Source: Lophium mytilinum (taxonomy: Eukaryota). From it: DNA of 64,000 bases. The notes beneath the pieces were generated by a model that saw nothing but the letters and a program-made list of their open reading frames with translations, was not told where the DNA came from and did no database searches. The stretch is taken from NCBI GenBank assembly GCA_010093605.1, contig MU004181.1:2046001-2110000 (forward strand). Direction: 5' to 3'. How positions within the stretch are numbered: position 1 is the first letter of the stretch; each line of letters opens with the position of its first letter. The translations under genes and the position numbers were made by a program. Positions 51,455-64,000 of this stretch are shown one piece after another.

Positions 51455-53935
51455 TTTACCATTGTATGTGGTGCTTCAATGTGCTTTCGTAAAGCTAAAA
51501 TAGGAGGAATTCGATGGTTTTGAACAACTGCGAAATAGGCTAGGCCACCTCAGACGGCGATGTCTGCAACTGTACGCAGGGTGTTGAGGAGTGTGATCTC
51601 GACCTTACGATGTTCTCGACTCTTCGGAGTCGATGTCAAGGTCAATACAATAGAGATAAGACTATCCTTTTCCTAGACAGCTACATACTAGCTAGGGCAC
51701 CTCAGACAGCGCTGTCAGTCACGCAAGAGGAAAGCCGCCGTAGTGTAGTCTTAGACCTACAGGAGTTTCGCCTCCTGGAGTCCATGTCAAGGTTCGCATG
51801 ATAGAGACGAGACTACTCTTTTCCTACACGACTATACACTATCTAGGCCACCTCAGACGGTGCTGTTAGTCACGCAATCGAAAACCTGCTATAGCGCGAT
51901 CTTGAACTGACTCGATTTTCCATTCACCCGAGTGTTTATCAAAATCAACACGACAGAACAAGACTACCCTTTTCCTAGACGACCATACACGATCTAAGCC
52001 ACCTCAGACGACGCTGTTCGTCACGCAATCGGAAAGCCGCCATAGCGTAATCTTGAACTTCCTCGATTTCCCACTCTCCCGAGTCGATATTAGAATCAGG
52101 ACAATAGAAACAAGATCACCATTTTCCTAAACAAATATACGCTATCCAGGGCACCCCTTACGGTACTGCCGAATAAGCAAAAGGAAAGCCGCCGTAGTGT
52201 AGTATTGTACTTACTCAATCTTCAACCTCCTGAAGTCAATATCAAGGTTAACACAGCAGAACGAGACTGCCCTTTTCCCAGACGACTACAAACTAGCTAG
52301 GTGGCTCCTTACGGTGTTGTTGGTTAAGCAAAAGTAACGCCACGGGAGTGCAATGTCAAACTCACGGGCTCTTTCGACCGAAAAAGCACTCCTGGAGTCA
52401 GCATTAAGGCCAACACCGCAGATTGAGACGACCCTTTTCCCAGACAACTGTATACCAGCCAGGGGCCCCCCCAGGCCCACGCAGATTGTCCCACTCCATA
52501 GTGGAAAGAGCCTACACTAGCCCAAAATCCAGGAGACGGGGACGACGGCGTCTCGCAAGCGCAGACGCAGAGGACGACTGCGGCGGAGGAGGGGTAGGCG
52601 GCGGCGGAGGCGGAGGCGGAGGCAGAAATGGTGGTAGTTTCGGCGAAAACGGGCGGCATTTTGGCAGGAATTTTGCTTGAGTGTGCTTACTTTTGTTTAT
52701 TTAGCTCGTGAACGTGTAATCCTTTTGCGAAACGGTGGCTAAAGAAGAACCAAGAATCACAGAAGCGTCAAACGATGGATGGCATTGCGTTGTTTACTCG
52801 CTCTTTCCTCCTACTCTCCTACACTTAGACAGATCTCTCCACGAACATAGGCCAGTACGACATCCCCCTTCGAGTACCGTCTATTAAGCAAGAGGAGAGC
52901 CGCCGTAGTGTAATCTCGAACGTATGGGCCTTTTCTACCGCATATGCGAAGCTAGGGCAAACACCATAGATGTTAAGCCCCCCTTTTTCCAGACAACCAC
53001 ACACTAGCCAGGGGACCCCTTACGGTACCGTAGGTTTAGCAAGAGGAAAGCGGTTGCAGTGTAATCTCGAGCTCGTAAGCCGTTTAACCGCGAATTCGAG
53101 GTTAGGGTAAACACTATAAAAGCACCATAGACATCAAGCTACCCTTTTCCTAGACGACCACAGGAAAGCCAGGGAACCCCTTACGGTGCTATTCAGAGCG
53201 TAAGAAAGAAGCCACTGTAGTATAGTATCGTAATTGTAGGTCTTTTAGACCGCAAATGCAAGGTTAGAGTAAACACTTCATAGATACCCTCGACCTTAGC
53301 CTGCCTTCTAGACGACAAGCAACCTGCTTTTCGGGCCAATCCTTACAGTGCTATCAAGGACGCAAGGGTACACCCGCGCCAATAGGATATCAAACTCATA
53401 GGCTTTTTCGGCCGTAAATACGAGGTCTAGGAAACCACTATAGATATCAAGCTACCTTTTGACTAATAAGCCATCTATTAGTTAGGCCACCTCTAACGGT
53501 GCTATACACGTGTTAAAAGGCTCTTATTAGCTGCTAACAATATAAACCCTTAGAACTTTAACATCACGTCTCTAACAGTTACACCACGATAAGCCACCTC
53601 AAACGCCGCTATACACCTGCCAAAAACTGCAATTCACACCCCTTGCAATATGAAAACTTGAAACTTTGACATCGTCTACCCCAAATTCTCACATTAATGG
53701 GCCACCTCATACGCCACCAACCGGCTGTGTAATCCTCCAGATTGGCCGCTTTTCAATATAAAGGCTTGAGTCCTTCACATCGTACCCTCTATATTCATAC
53801 CCCCATAAGCCACCTCAAACGCCATCAAACACCACTCAAACCCCTACAATCCTATCCCTTCCAATATAAAGCTTCAAAACTTTAACATCGTGCCCTCTAT
53901 ATATACCCCCCCACAAGCCACCTCAAACAGGGCTA
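51455..53935 (+). repeat. Composite tandem arrays built on GGCCACCTCAGACGG-like cores: ~152-bp units (51540-52480), ~150-160-bp units (52850-53490), 108-bp units (53484-53935)
   Basis: Cores at about 51542, 51695, 51845, 51996, 52149, 52300, 52461, 53010, 53171, 53333, 53484, 53591, 53699, 53807 and 53915. Confidence 0.95.
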
Positions 53936-54154
53936 CCCGGCGCGCAAGAACAACCACCAAGCAGTCGTATATCCATGCCGTTCACGATTACTAGCTAATA
54001 TACACTATTACTGGTAGATGTGTACGTTGTGTGGGCACTGTCTGAAGCACCTCGAGGTAGTAACAAACACCTGAAAGAGTCGAAATTCCACTATTTTGAA
54101 CATTACAATACAGGCCGAGGCATCTCAGACGGCGTCATCACATGGTAACAGAAG

Positions 54155-54343
54155 TCACAAATATAGGATATGTTAGTTATACTGATGATATTATCAAAAG
54201 ATAGTATAAGGCACAAATGTACGATTTACTAGTTATACTGGCATTATCACAAGGCACAAATGTAGGAATTATTAGTTATACTAACATTATCACGAGGTAA
54301 GACAAGTTACAAATGTAGGATTCATCAGTTATACTGGCATTAG
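54155..54343 (+). repeat. Four AT-rich ~43-55-bp units ACAAATGTAGGA..AGTTATACTG..ATTATCA
   Basis: Directly visible. Confidence 0.85.
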
Positions 54344-54440
54344 TGTGCTATACTACTATGGACTCTGTGTAGTTCCGAGTATGCAAAGAAGGAGAAGAAA
54401 GGAAGGGGTATTTAGACTACTGAACCGTTGCTTCCGTCAT

Positions 54441-56264
54441 TCATTCCTTCATTACCTTCCGAATCACGAACACGCCGACCTCAATCCCCTTCTCCGGCCC
54501 CCCCTCCTCGTACGGCTTCTTGACGACGCCTTCCAGGATCTCCTGGATGAGACTAGTAGGCAGCGTCTGGGAGTCTGCCGGCAGCTTGTGCGCGATCCGG
54601 AAGAACTTGGACACGGTGTCGCGGACCTTGGGCTTCTCCTGCTTTATCCACCAATCTGACCATACCTCCCGCGTGACCGGAACCTCTTGCTTAGACGCGT
54701 ACAACACGTTGAACGCGACCTTCTGGCTATGAAGTGTGCCTAACTTCGAGCTATCCTTGGTCAGATCGGTACAGAACCGTCCGATCTTCGAGTTTAAAAC
54801 GGTGAAGTCGAGCAGGTAGTCCACGGAGCCCATGTTACCGAGCGTCTGGCCTAGGCCGGTAGACAGCTCGTTGACAATGGCCATCGAGCGCAACATGGGG
54901 TCCAGGATCGGTCCTAAGTACTGGTTCATGAACGTCTTAGCCCCAGTCTTGGTCGGATATATGAACAACAGCGACCCCCCAATGGCGATCTCGCTGAGAC
55001 GGTCCATCAGAATCGAGTGTCCAGCGAAGGAGAACAGCCCCGAGAATTCGTTGATGTTGGTTGGTGGGATATATCTTTCAACGATAGAGACGTGCACGGA
55101 GAGCGGCGGGACAACTGGCTGCGGCGATGGCTGAATGAGCCTGAGGTCTCCTTGGTAATCAGACACACGCACTGCGCTGTCGAAGATCTTGGTTGAGAAG
55201 TAACTATCGCCACCGACGGCCGGTCCAGGAGTAGAAGGAGGTGAAGTCGGGACTTCTTCGAGCCTATAGCGGCCCGGCACGGCATGGAACACGTTCATCC
55301 ACGTAGTCGGTACGGTCGGCGTGTAGCGGTGTATGGCCTCGATGATCTTCGGGAAGATGTGGCCGGCAATGGAGGGGCATGGCAAAGCGTGAGAAAGTAC
55401 CTTGACCGAGGTGTCTGGGGCCGGGTCGGCGCTCTCCACTAAGAAGACTGTTAGTCTTGACACAGCGTGTTTTGTTGGCATCTACTTACACAGCAAAGAC
55501 TTGACTATAACCACCCAGGGCTCTTCTTCGCTGGAGAAGGCTGCTTCTGGTTGGCCGGAGGCAACTGCAGCGTCGCCAGCTGGGGAGGTCGCGCTCATTG
55601 GCGGGCTGGCGAGGTTGGGGTCGGTGGTCTGCGGCGCACCGGAAGGGACTGTCTTGACGTGCGATGAGTCTCCCCACTGGAGTGGACCTGCTTCGTGTGG
55701 AGGGGTGAGGACGGGGAGGTGGCCAGGGAGCTGGCCAAGGATGCTAGGGACTTGCGGTTCATCTTTGACTACGTCGAGGACTGAGACGCGACTCATGGCG
55801 GGAGTAAGGTCTCTGAAAGGATCATCTGGACTCGCGTATCCCCCGAAGCCTTTGCTGGAGAAGAAATCAACACCGGGAGAGAGGACTCCATCCGGAATTG
55901 GCGGATTGATACCAACCAGATTGAAGGCTGGCAGACGTTGTCCTCGAGCCAATTTTGATGGCGCTGGCGGCGAAAGCGGAGCTAGAGGAAAGAAGGTGCT
56001 TGCACTCAGATCTATGGCCTGCGAAACACTGTAGCCTGGAGACGGAGTTGCGAGATCTTGGGCCTGAACGGGCTGGGGGAGCGTGTCGGCGGCGGCGTCA
56101 ATGTCACTCAGAACTGGACGGACCCAGTCCACGAGGCGGGGGCTTCGATCCATGGGGTCCTGGATCGGATCGGCGGCCAAGACGTTGCCGTCGGACGTAG
56201 TCTGTCGAACATGATGAAGGCTGTCAATCCCGCATTTGGGAGAATTTGGGTCGGTATCGAGCAT
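54441..56264 (-). CDS. Hypothetical protein with P/S-rich N-terminus and globular C-terminus, intron ~55439-55488
   Basis: Two long ORFs joined by a GTAAGT..CTAAC..TAG intron; start uncertain. Confidence 0.75.
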
Positions 56265-58315
56265 GTCGGTCGAATCTAGAAATGTGAGAAACAGTCGGAT
56301 TAGTACCGGGCTGCGCGAGCTTGACGCGAGATCCAAAGCGGCATAGGCTTCGGCGACGGTGGCTGCGAAACCTGGGCACGGTTGGCTTGGTGCGGGTGTG
56401 GTGGAGGTCGTAGTGGTGTGAGAGGGCACCAACAACAAACGGCGGGGCGGGCCAGCAAAACGGCCGGCCAGACTGCGGACCAGCAGAGAGGGGGGCCCGT
56501 GATGTGCAGGCCAGTGTGCAGCGTGGCCGTCTTCACCTTTACCTTCACACTCCACGCTTCACCCCTTCCAAAGCACCGCGCGGCAGCAGCGCACAAACTG
56601 ACGGCGAGGGCAGCGCGACGGGAGAGGCAGCCTGCATGGTCTAGATCCTGCACCGCCCGGCCGGTTCACAGGCGCCACACTGTGGAACGGACGGATGTCC
56701 ATGCGGCCAGGGCTGTCTGCTGATGCCGCCGCTTGCAGGCATGCGCGCCTGAGCGAGGCCGACGCTGCAGAAAGAGAAAGAGACGTTGCGAGGCAGGTTG
56801 CAGCAGCGACGGCGACATGGTCGGGAGGAGGTGCCATTGCAGCGAGTGCTGCGAGTGCTGCCCCCTATCCATCGTTGGGCAGCGAGCGGGCGCCCCGGTG
56901 CCAGCGGGCATCCTTCTTGCAACCTGCTCTTCTGGGGCAGCTCGGCACTGGGCAGCCCTGGAGTCTGTCGAGGCCAGCGAACGGCGGTCGAGGCCTGGCC
57001 TGGGGCTGTTGAGCACTTGTCAGCGGACCTTGTGGACCCCGGGGGGATTCGAGACGACTCCTTTTGCACGCACTCACGCTGCAGCATCCGCCCGCCCTAT
57101 CCGAGGCTGCTATTCGCTCGTCCCGCAGGCCTTGTTGTCAGGATAGGGCTGGGTGGATCTCCACAGGGCCGAAAGCTTGCCCACGCCACCATTAGACGAA
57201 CGGGAGTAGGACTGGGGGGGACGTATGGGAAAGGAACATGGCATTCTCAGAGTCGGGCGAGTGGGCCTTCATAAACTGGGAAACTGGCCCGAATTCTTGC
57301 CTGCCGCTTACCTATCCCGGGAGGCCCGAGCGCATTCAGGACGTGCGGCTGATTGGAATTGTGGCACCAGGCGGGATGACGATGATGTCGTTAGGTGTGG
57401 CTGGCATGCTGGCTCATCCGTGGTGCAGGTGGCATCTTCAGGAACAACTCCTCGATCAGCGGCACCAGTGGCTCGGCCCGGGCATGCAGGTGGGCACTCG
57501 CGTGGAGATCCGCATCTTTGGGTCATCGAGATCAGTCTGGTGATCTCCGCGTGCCTGGTGGCGATACTGGAATGATGGCCGTGTTGACAAGTCCCAGTCT
57601 GCGTTGCTGCAGGGCTCCTTCCAGGATTCAAGCTCGGGATCTGCGCTACCCCTCGCCAACAGCGTCACTCCACCGTCTCCTGGTTGGTGAATCCATTAGC
57701 AGAAGGTAGGATAGAACATCAGGTACGGTGTTGCCACTCACGCTGTTTCAGAGGACAAGATGAGATGAGGCATGCTTAGGATCAAGTATCAGAGAAGGGC
57801 AGAGGTCAAGAAGCTGCAAACAGGCTCAGGGCAACTAGGAAGTCTATTGGCGGGCTTGCCTTTTGCAGAAGGTACGTTCCACTCTGGGAAGGAAAGGGGG
57901 TCAGGCAACTGGAACCCCACTTCTGACGGGAGGTAGAAGAAGACGTCAAGCAGCATCAAAGTGATGGATTGGCATGCAGCTACTCCTGGAGGTATCTTTT
58001 TATATTGACCAGACTGTCTTAGTTTGCGTGACTGTTCTTTGTCCTTCTGGGCCCGGTAGCCGTAGCTAGCCTGTAGTCATTTACAGAGAGTTAGATATAT
58101 AGCAATTGAAGAAGCAAGCCCAGTTCCTTTCATGGGAAAAATCACTCCACGAAACTGTAAGCTAGATCAACTAACAGAGCTCAATCAGGTAATAGGGACA
58201 AGTTCTCGGGACAGGGGCAGATGCTTGGGAGAGGGGCAGATTCCTGGAAAGAGGGCAAGAATGAGCAGTATGAACAAGGCCTATTCATGGCGTTAATATT
58301 TACTATTAAATAAAG

Positions 58316-59745
58316 CTACTCCTGTCCTTCAGTACTACTCCTCAACTCATCCCATCTGATCTGCCCCGCTTCCCTTGCATGCTCCCGCTTCAACGCCTCC
58401 TGATCATTGACTTCAAACCAAAATGCCCAAGTACTCCTCGCATTGATCTCGATGTTGTCCCTACTCGACTGCAGCCCCACATGCTGCACCACCTGTGGCG
58501 CGAGCGCATACCTATCCAATCCATCCCGATTAGCATACTCCTCTATCAACGAGTCCGTCTGCCCATGCACTCGCTCAGCGAAATAACCGAGCAGTCCTGG
58601 CACTTGCGTCCGCGGAAAGACGAGGCCCTGTGTGCAGCAGCCGTATTTGTTCATCTTCACTACCCCTGAGAGGGGGTGGAGGGAGTATTTCCCAACCATG
58701 AAGACGAGGGCTGTGAAGGCGGGGATAGTGACGACGCTTATGACTGCGAGAGCAGGGGGGTCGAGGTGCGGCCGTGCCGAGGGAAACAGGTAGCGGATCG
58801 TGAGGAGGGTGAGCAGGCCGGTGAAGGTAGACAGTGCAAATGCTAGGTGCATGTTCGCGTACCAGTAGTCCGTCTGCTCCCACATCAACGCTGTCTCTGT
58901 GTAGAAGAGGCGTAGGTATAGCCAAGGACGAGTAATGCTGGCGTCGGGGAGCACCGAACGAGCTGGGGGTGTATGCTTGACGTCCGCGAGGGCATTGAGG
59001 ACTCTAGCCATCCAGCCTTCAGCAAATACAATATCGTCTTCGAAAACGGCAATATAAGGCGCGTTGCTTTTCATGCAATATTCTAGGGTATATTTGTAAT
59101 CACTGTCCAGGAATTCGTAAGCTTCTGCAGCGATCAGTTACATCACAGCACTTACAACAAGCCTTTCACGTAAAAGTTCCGCTTCTCCTCCGCTTCCTTA
59201 ATCCGGGCAAGCTCTTCATCCGAGATATCATAGGTATCCGCCTTATCCACCACCGCCCTAAGCCAGGGCTCTTTCCAATTAGGATGTCCATCTGGGTTTG
59301 TATCCGCAAATAAAGTGAACAAGTGCAGCGCCTTCCGCTCTTCCTCTGTCAATCCCTCCAACATCGACCCAATCGACTCGGCGAAGTAGTTCATCTTCTC
59401 CCTCCTTACAGTCACAAATGCTGCACATATGACCGGCTCCTCCCCGCTCCGAACGAGCTCACTCGGCGCGCCATCGTCCGTCGTGTTGGCGTTCTCGATG
59501 TAGGCTGCCGCCTGCGCTTGACGCTCGGAGCTGTAGTGCAAGTCGTACACGCCCTCACTGCGGAAGAAGGCAGAGTGGGGATTGCGCCAGTAGCGGAATT
59601 TGCAGTACTGGAATGCGAGGAGCCATAGGAGGAGGGACGCGAGAAAGGCGCGAAGAGCTGGACCTAAAGGCCCCGAGGATGTTGCCTGGCGGAAGAGGAG
59701 ACGGGGGGCATATCTTAGCTGCCGCAGGACGGGAGGGAGGAGCAT
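58316..59745 (-). CDS. Membrane glycosyltransferase-like protein, 1 intron
   Basis: N-terminal TM segment, AVFEDD (DxD-like), two internal TM segments, CCTQGLVFPR and VQHVG motifs. Confidence 0.75.
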
Positions 59746-60627
59746 TGTACACGGCTAGAGGTATAGAAGGGGTGGTGCGACATTGGAGCCTGAGTATTGT
59801 AGTACATGGAATCGCGATAATGTTTGGAGTGGTGAGAGTGCGACCCCTGCGCGAGGCTGGCGGGAGGATGCTGGGATCTTAATCGTCCAATCATATGCTC
59901 TACTTCTGCCACTGCCCTTGCTATTTTAGCAAGAAGATTTTATATTCGTTGTAGAGCTCGTTGAGGGATTGCACTATTTAAGCTGAACTTTCTTGCTTCT
60001 GCGACTTTTAAAAACTTGGAGCGCGAAGGATTGACATTCCTTTCTTTCACCACAGGGCAAATTTCGTGATTGGTGAGGAAAGTCTTGCCGAGAAATCGAC
60101 CACATGCAATCGACGCCCTTCTCCGACATCAGCCAGAAATCAGCAGCTGGTGACATAGTAAAAGTAGCTTGATGCCATTTAGCTGGTCGCTGTATATTAC
60201 ATACTGTAGAATAGTCTATTTGCAGTGTAAACTCGCTCGGTGTTTGAGCCACGTCTGGTAAGAATAGTCTTCTTGCTCTGTTATAACGACTATCTCAAAT
60301 ACGCGCATCATGTCACACATTCACTCAAATCTTTCATATTCTCCTATCTATCTCTAGCCCTTCTACGACCTCAAGGCTTCGTAAGAAGACCTCAGTCACC
60401 AAAACATCAGATGAAATTGCAACCTCAAAAAATTTGTTCGAATCATCTTGCTATCCCACAATAGCCCTATCTATGGCATCATCCTGTCCGTGTAGTCAGA
60501 AGTTCTTCATTTCTACTTATTCATTTGCCTCATACATACCTGCACACCAGCGCACTAACATCCCCCACAGAGCCAAAGCCAAACCAACTCCACTCAACAC
60601 CCCCCTCTCCCACCCTCCACCACCAAA

Positions 60628-61196
60628 ATGAAGGTCCGCCCACCCTCCCCCATCCCCTCCGCCACTCAACTCACCTCACCAGATCCTAAAAGCCCAAAAC
60701 GCCCTCCTAACCAACTGGGAGGTCGCCGAAATCCTCCGAGATGAAGGCGACGAATACGCCGGCACCGACGCCACCGCGCGCAACCGTAAACCGCCCAGCA
60801 ACCTCAAAGATGTGATGACAGGGGTACGCCTCCCCCCTTCCTCCTCCCTCCCTTTCCTCCACCCTAACAACCATCTCCCTCCCACAGGCATCCCTCTACC
60901 TCGCCCGCCCATCACAACCCTTCAACACCCCAACCGCCACCTACACCCCCGCCGCCATCGCAGGCCCCATCTCCCTCGTCGCGCGGCTATCGCCAAAATA
61001 CAAGCTCACCAAAGCCGAGTACATCATGTTGCTCAACGTGCGGCCGGTGAATCTGATCGAGTTCGAGATGGTGGTTGATGAGGCCGGGGCGCGGTTTGCC
61101 GAGAGCGAGCAGTGGGAGATTCTGGAAGTGCTCAAAGAGGTGCTGGGGCTGATGTATGAGAAGCCGCCGGAGGCGCAGGCGAATGGGAAGAAGTGA
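60628..61196 (+). CDS. RPC17: RNA polymerase III subunit C17 (Rpb4 family), 2 introns
   Basis: Spliced MK|ILKAQNALLTNWEV...YKLTKAEYIMLLNVRP...VVDEAGARF. Confidence 0.85.
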
Positions 61197-61638
61197 TGGC
61201 AGTAGGATAGTACGTGGGAAGGCAGTGTGATGGTGTTACAGGTTTTTTTTTTGTGTTTAGAGGGCTTTGCCTGTGGCTTATGTTGCAAGTGCGAATGTAA
61301 TCAAGTCATATGGGAATCAGAGTATGAAGGTTTCAGGATTCGTTTCGAATCTAGCTATATCCACAGGCGTCGCCTATCTTTGAAGTTTAATACCCTACTT
61401 ACAGTCCCGACAGCACGAAATGAAGAGATGAAATGCAAGAGAGCACAAGTCCAGTGCCGCCGGCCCCAACTCCCCTCACGCCAGCTCGGTATATCTCGGC
61501 CGACATACAAAGAGACCCAAAGACAAAACGCCGGTTTCCTTTTGGCATGACATAGAAAGCTCAGATGGGACGAAGGAGAGTCCCAACTCAGCTCATCTCG
61601 ACCGCATAGCGCATCAACCGACCACAAGGCACAGCAGT

Positions 61639-63568
61639 TTAATCCTTGCTCTTCTTCTTTTTCTTCTTCTCGACCTTATCGCTGTCGTCATCCCGTTTCC
61701 GCTTCTTGCCTTCTGGCGCTGACTCGGTCTTCGACTTCTTTGCTTCCTTGGCTGCCTTCTTAGCTAGCTTGGCCTCCTTCTTCGCGGCCTTCTCCGCCTT
61801 GTGCTTCCTCTTCGCTTCTTTTTCGGCGGCCTTTGCCGCTTTCTTGTCAGATTTGCTGAGCTCTGCGTCGCCCTTGCTGCTCTTCGATTTCTTCGAGATC
61901 TTGGGAGACTCCACTTCCGACTCGGAATCCGATGCGCCTGCGTCGGCGCTCTCAGACGCGTCCTCGCTGTCGACTTCCTCAATCATCTTGACGTCCTTGG
62001 ACACGCCGTTCGTCTTCGCCTTCTTTGCTGCGGCAGGCTCATCCCCAGCGAGACCGTCCGCATCTGCATTGTACTTTCGGGCTTCCTTGACCTCCCATTT
62101 CCCGGTGCCGCTCTGAAGTGGCGGGATACCCGAGCCCATAGCCTTGAGCGGCTTGCCCTCGAGTGCTCGTAGCCTCCTCTCGATCTGAACTCTGTGCATG
62201 TGTCCCATAGCGGACTTCTCCTCTTCTGTAGGCTCGACTCCCTTGCCCTCACCACCCGTGCCCCAGTCCGCTAGCGCGTCAACACGCAGTCCAAGCGCAG
62301 CCTTGCTGGCGAGCATCCTGGCGATCTTTCCCTTGTTGCGGCCGGTAGCTTGGCCGATCAGCGAAGCGTGATAGATGAGTCCGTATTTGGGAGTATCGTG
62401 TTTAGTCTTCAGAGCGCGGAAGAGGGCCTTCTCAGCACCGAGGATTTGCACAGTCGAACCGGGAGATTTCGCAAGGTTCATGAGAGAGCCAGCGTGAGCG
62501 ATAAGTCGTGCACCGACCAACTCACCAACCAAGGCTGTCAGATTTGGAGCAATTGCGGTCTGCATACACTGTTAGTAGGGGCCAATTTGAAATGTCTCGG
62601 GGGTTGCATACCATGCGAGCGGTGAGGTAAGATGAGAGCTGCTGTCGGTACTCGGTGAACATGGCCACTTGCTCAGCCAACATCTTGATGTTGTCCAGAT
62701 CCTCCTCCGTCATTTCAGTACCCATGCTGACTTCAGCAGCCGCCTTCACGGCCGCTTCGATCTCTTCGGGCAATATAGTAGACAGATCGGTCTTGTGGGC
62801 GTCGGTGCGCATACCCATCTGGAGAATAACGCGAGAATACGCAACGTTGTCGTTAATGATCTTAGCCATCTCGGGGAAGTGCCATCCGTACCATTCCTTG
62901 ACGCGCATAGCGTAGGTGTTCAGCTCTTTATCCAGGTCATCGAGGAGCGCTGTATTGCGTTAGTTTCACGGCTGGGATGGGCAGCGGGACTTGAATTACA
63001 TACCAATGGCTTGGATAATCATGGTGTCGACCTTATCGGGCGAGAACTTCAGCTTGTGTCGGCTCAAGGAATGCGATAGACCCAAGTTCATAGTATTGAC
63101 GTCGCTTGGGAGAAGTCCAGGAATTAGAGACGTGAGATGTTCTCTGATAGCTCGGTAGACGTCAAAGGTAGTCGAGTCGGCAATGGGTGCGAGGGACAGT
63201 CCTGGGAGCTTGTTGATCGCATTCGCCAGCTTGGGGTCGGCGACGGCGAGGGAGGCCTTGGTCTCATCTTTGAGGGTATCGAGCAGTTGGGCGAGGCGTG
63301 GGGTAACTTTTCCTTCGGTGATGGCAGCAGTCTCGTCAAGCGCGGTGGTGGCATTGGGATATTTGTCGAACTTCTTCAGCTTGAGCCTGGAAGCATGATA
63401 TTAGTGTATGCTTTTGCGCAAGTCTCCTGTCCTACGAGTAACTTACAGACTGCAGATTTGCTCAGCGCTCTCCATGTCGGTCGCATCCCGCTGGAGCAGC
63501 TTTTTGTCCTTGGCCTTGAGAAGCGCATAGCCGGCCGACGTCTCGGTGAGGATAAAGAGAGGAGCCAT
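61639..63568 (-). CDS. NOP58: Box C/D snoRNP protein Nop58, 3 introns
   Basis: [56 protein letters not shown] and K-rich tail. Confidence 0.96.
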
Positions 63569-63927
63569 TTCGGCTAGTTTGGCAGGAGCAGAGCGTTGGC
63601 GGCGGTTGTTGCGTGGGCTCTGGGTAGCTCCTGGTGTATGGTGGGAATTTTTGAGGAAAATTATCTCGAGCTTGCCTTCCGAGCTAGGGCCGCCAAGCGT
63701 CTAACCGCAAGCACACTAGCCGAACTCCTTCAACCACGGCTCTCCTACCCTTGTACTACTGTTTTCGATAATTGTATTCACTCCGAAACAATTGCGTTGC
63801 TCTCCTAAATCTCACCAGACTGACGCACACGGCTATTGAGCTAGTTGTTGCCATGTTTAGAATAACTCCCTGAAGAACCCCGGAGCCCCAAACCCCCACA
63901 CTTCACATCGTAACCCACAAGCCTAGA

Positions 63928-64000
63928 TGGCTACAGCTACCGACCGAAAGGTCTCCGCAGGTCGCCCTCGACCCACTCCTTCACGAGTACAAGACCTCGC
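63928..64000 (+). CDS. Possible first exon of a gene divergent from NOP58 (truncated by window)
   Basis: ATGGCTACAGCTACC... after a C-rich leader; too short to identify. Confidence 0.35.

Noticed and set aside
51540..53935. CRISPR-like or protein-coding repeat
   Set aside because: Whole units align with each other and no sustained ORF runs through them.
56300..57710. Many overlapping short ORFs
   Set aside because: GC-rich upstream region; no motifs or consistent codon bias.

Overview
Intron-containing genomic DNA of a filamentous ascomycete (probably a Dothideomycete; this is an inference). About 20 protein genes are supported: SNF1, a fatty-aldehyde dehydrogenase, an F-box protein, an AsaB-like oxygenase, a UBE2O-like E2, COG8, an IFRD protein, two oxidoreductases, a C2H2 factor, NOT3/5, DTD1, cyclophilin-40, a glycosyltransferase-like protein, RPC17, NOP58 and several unknowns. 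Two accessory regions (1-17 kb, 50-54.4 kb) hold the unusual signals. (1) Initiator tRNA-Met genes are interrupted by ~50-nt GT..branch..AG spliceosomal-type introns in addition to the ordinary anticodon-loop intron. The complete copy at 15020-15154 rebuilds a perfect 72-nt cloverleaf. A second copy at 9037-9196 has two such introns at different positions. Intronless 3' fragments and antisense fragments lie nearby. (2) A ~17-bp motif (CRCYGTYTGRGGTRSYY / GGCCACCTCAGACGGYG) occurs intergenically as inverted pairs spanning ~82/92/102 bp and as tandem arrays of ~107 and ~152 bp period. (3) An AT-hook gene with a serine-recombinase-like C-terminus is flanked by copies of a 20-bp palindrome. All alignments were made by eye; coordinates may be off by a few bases.
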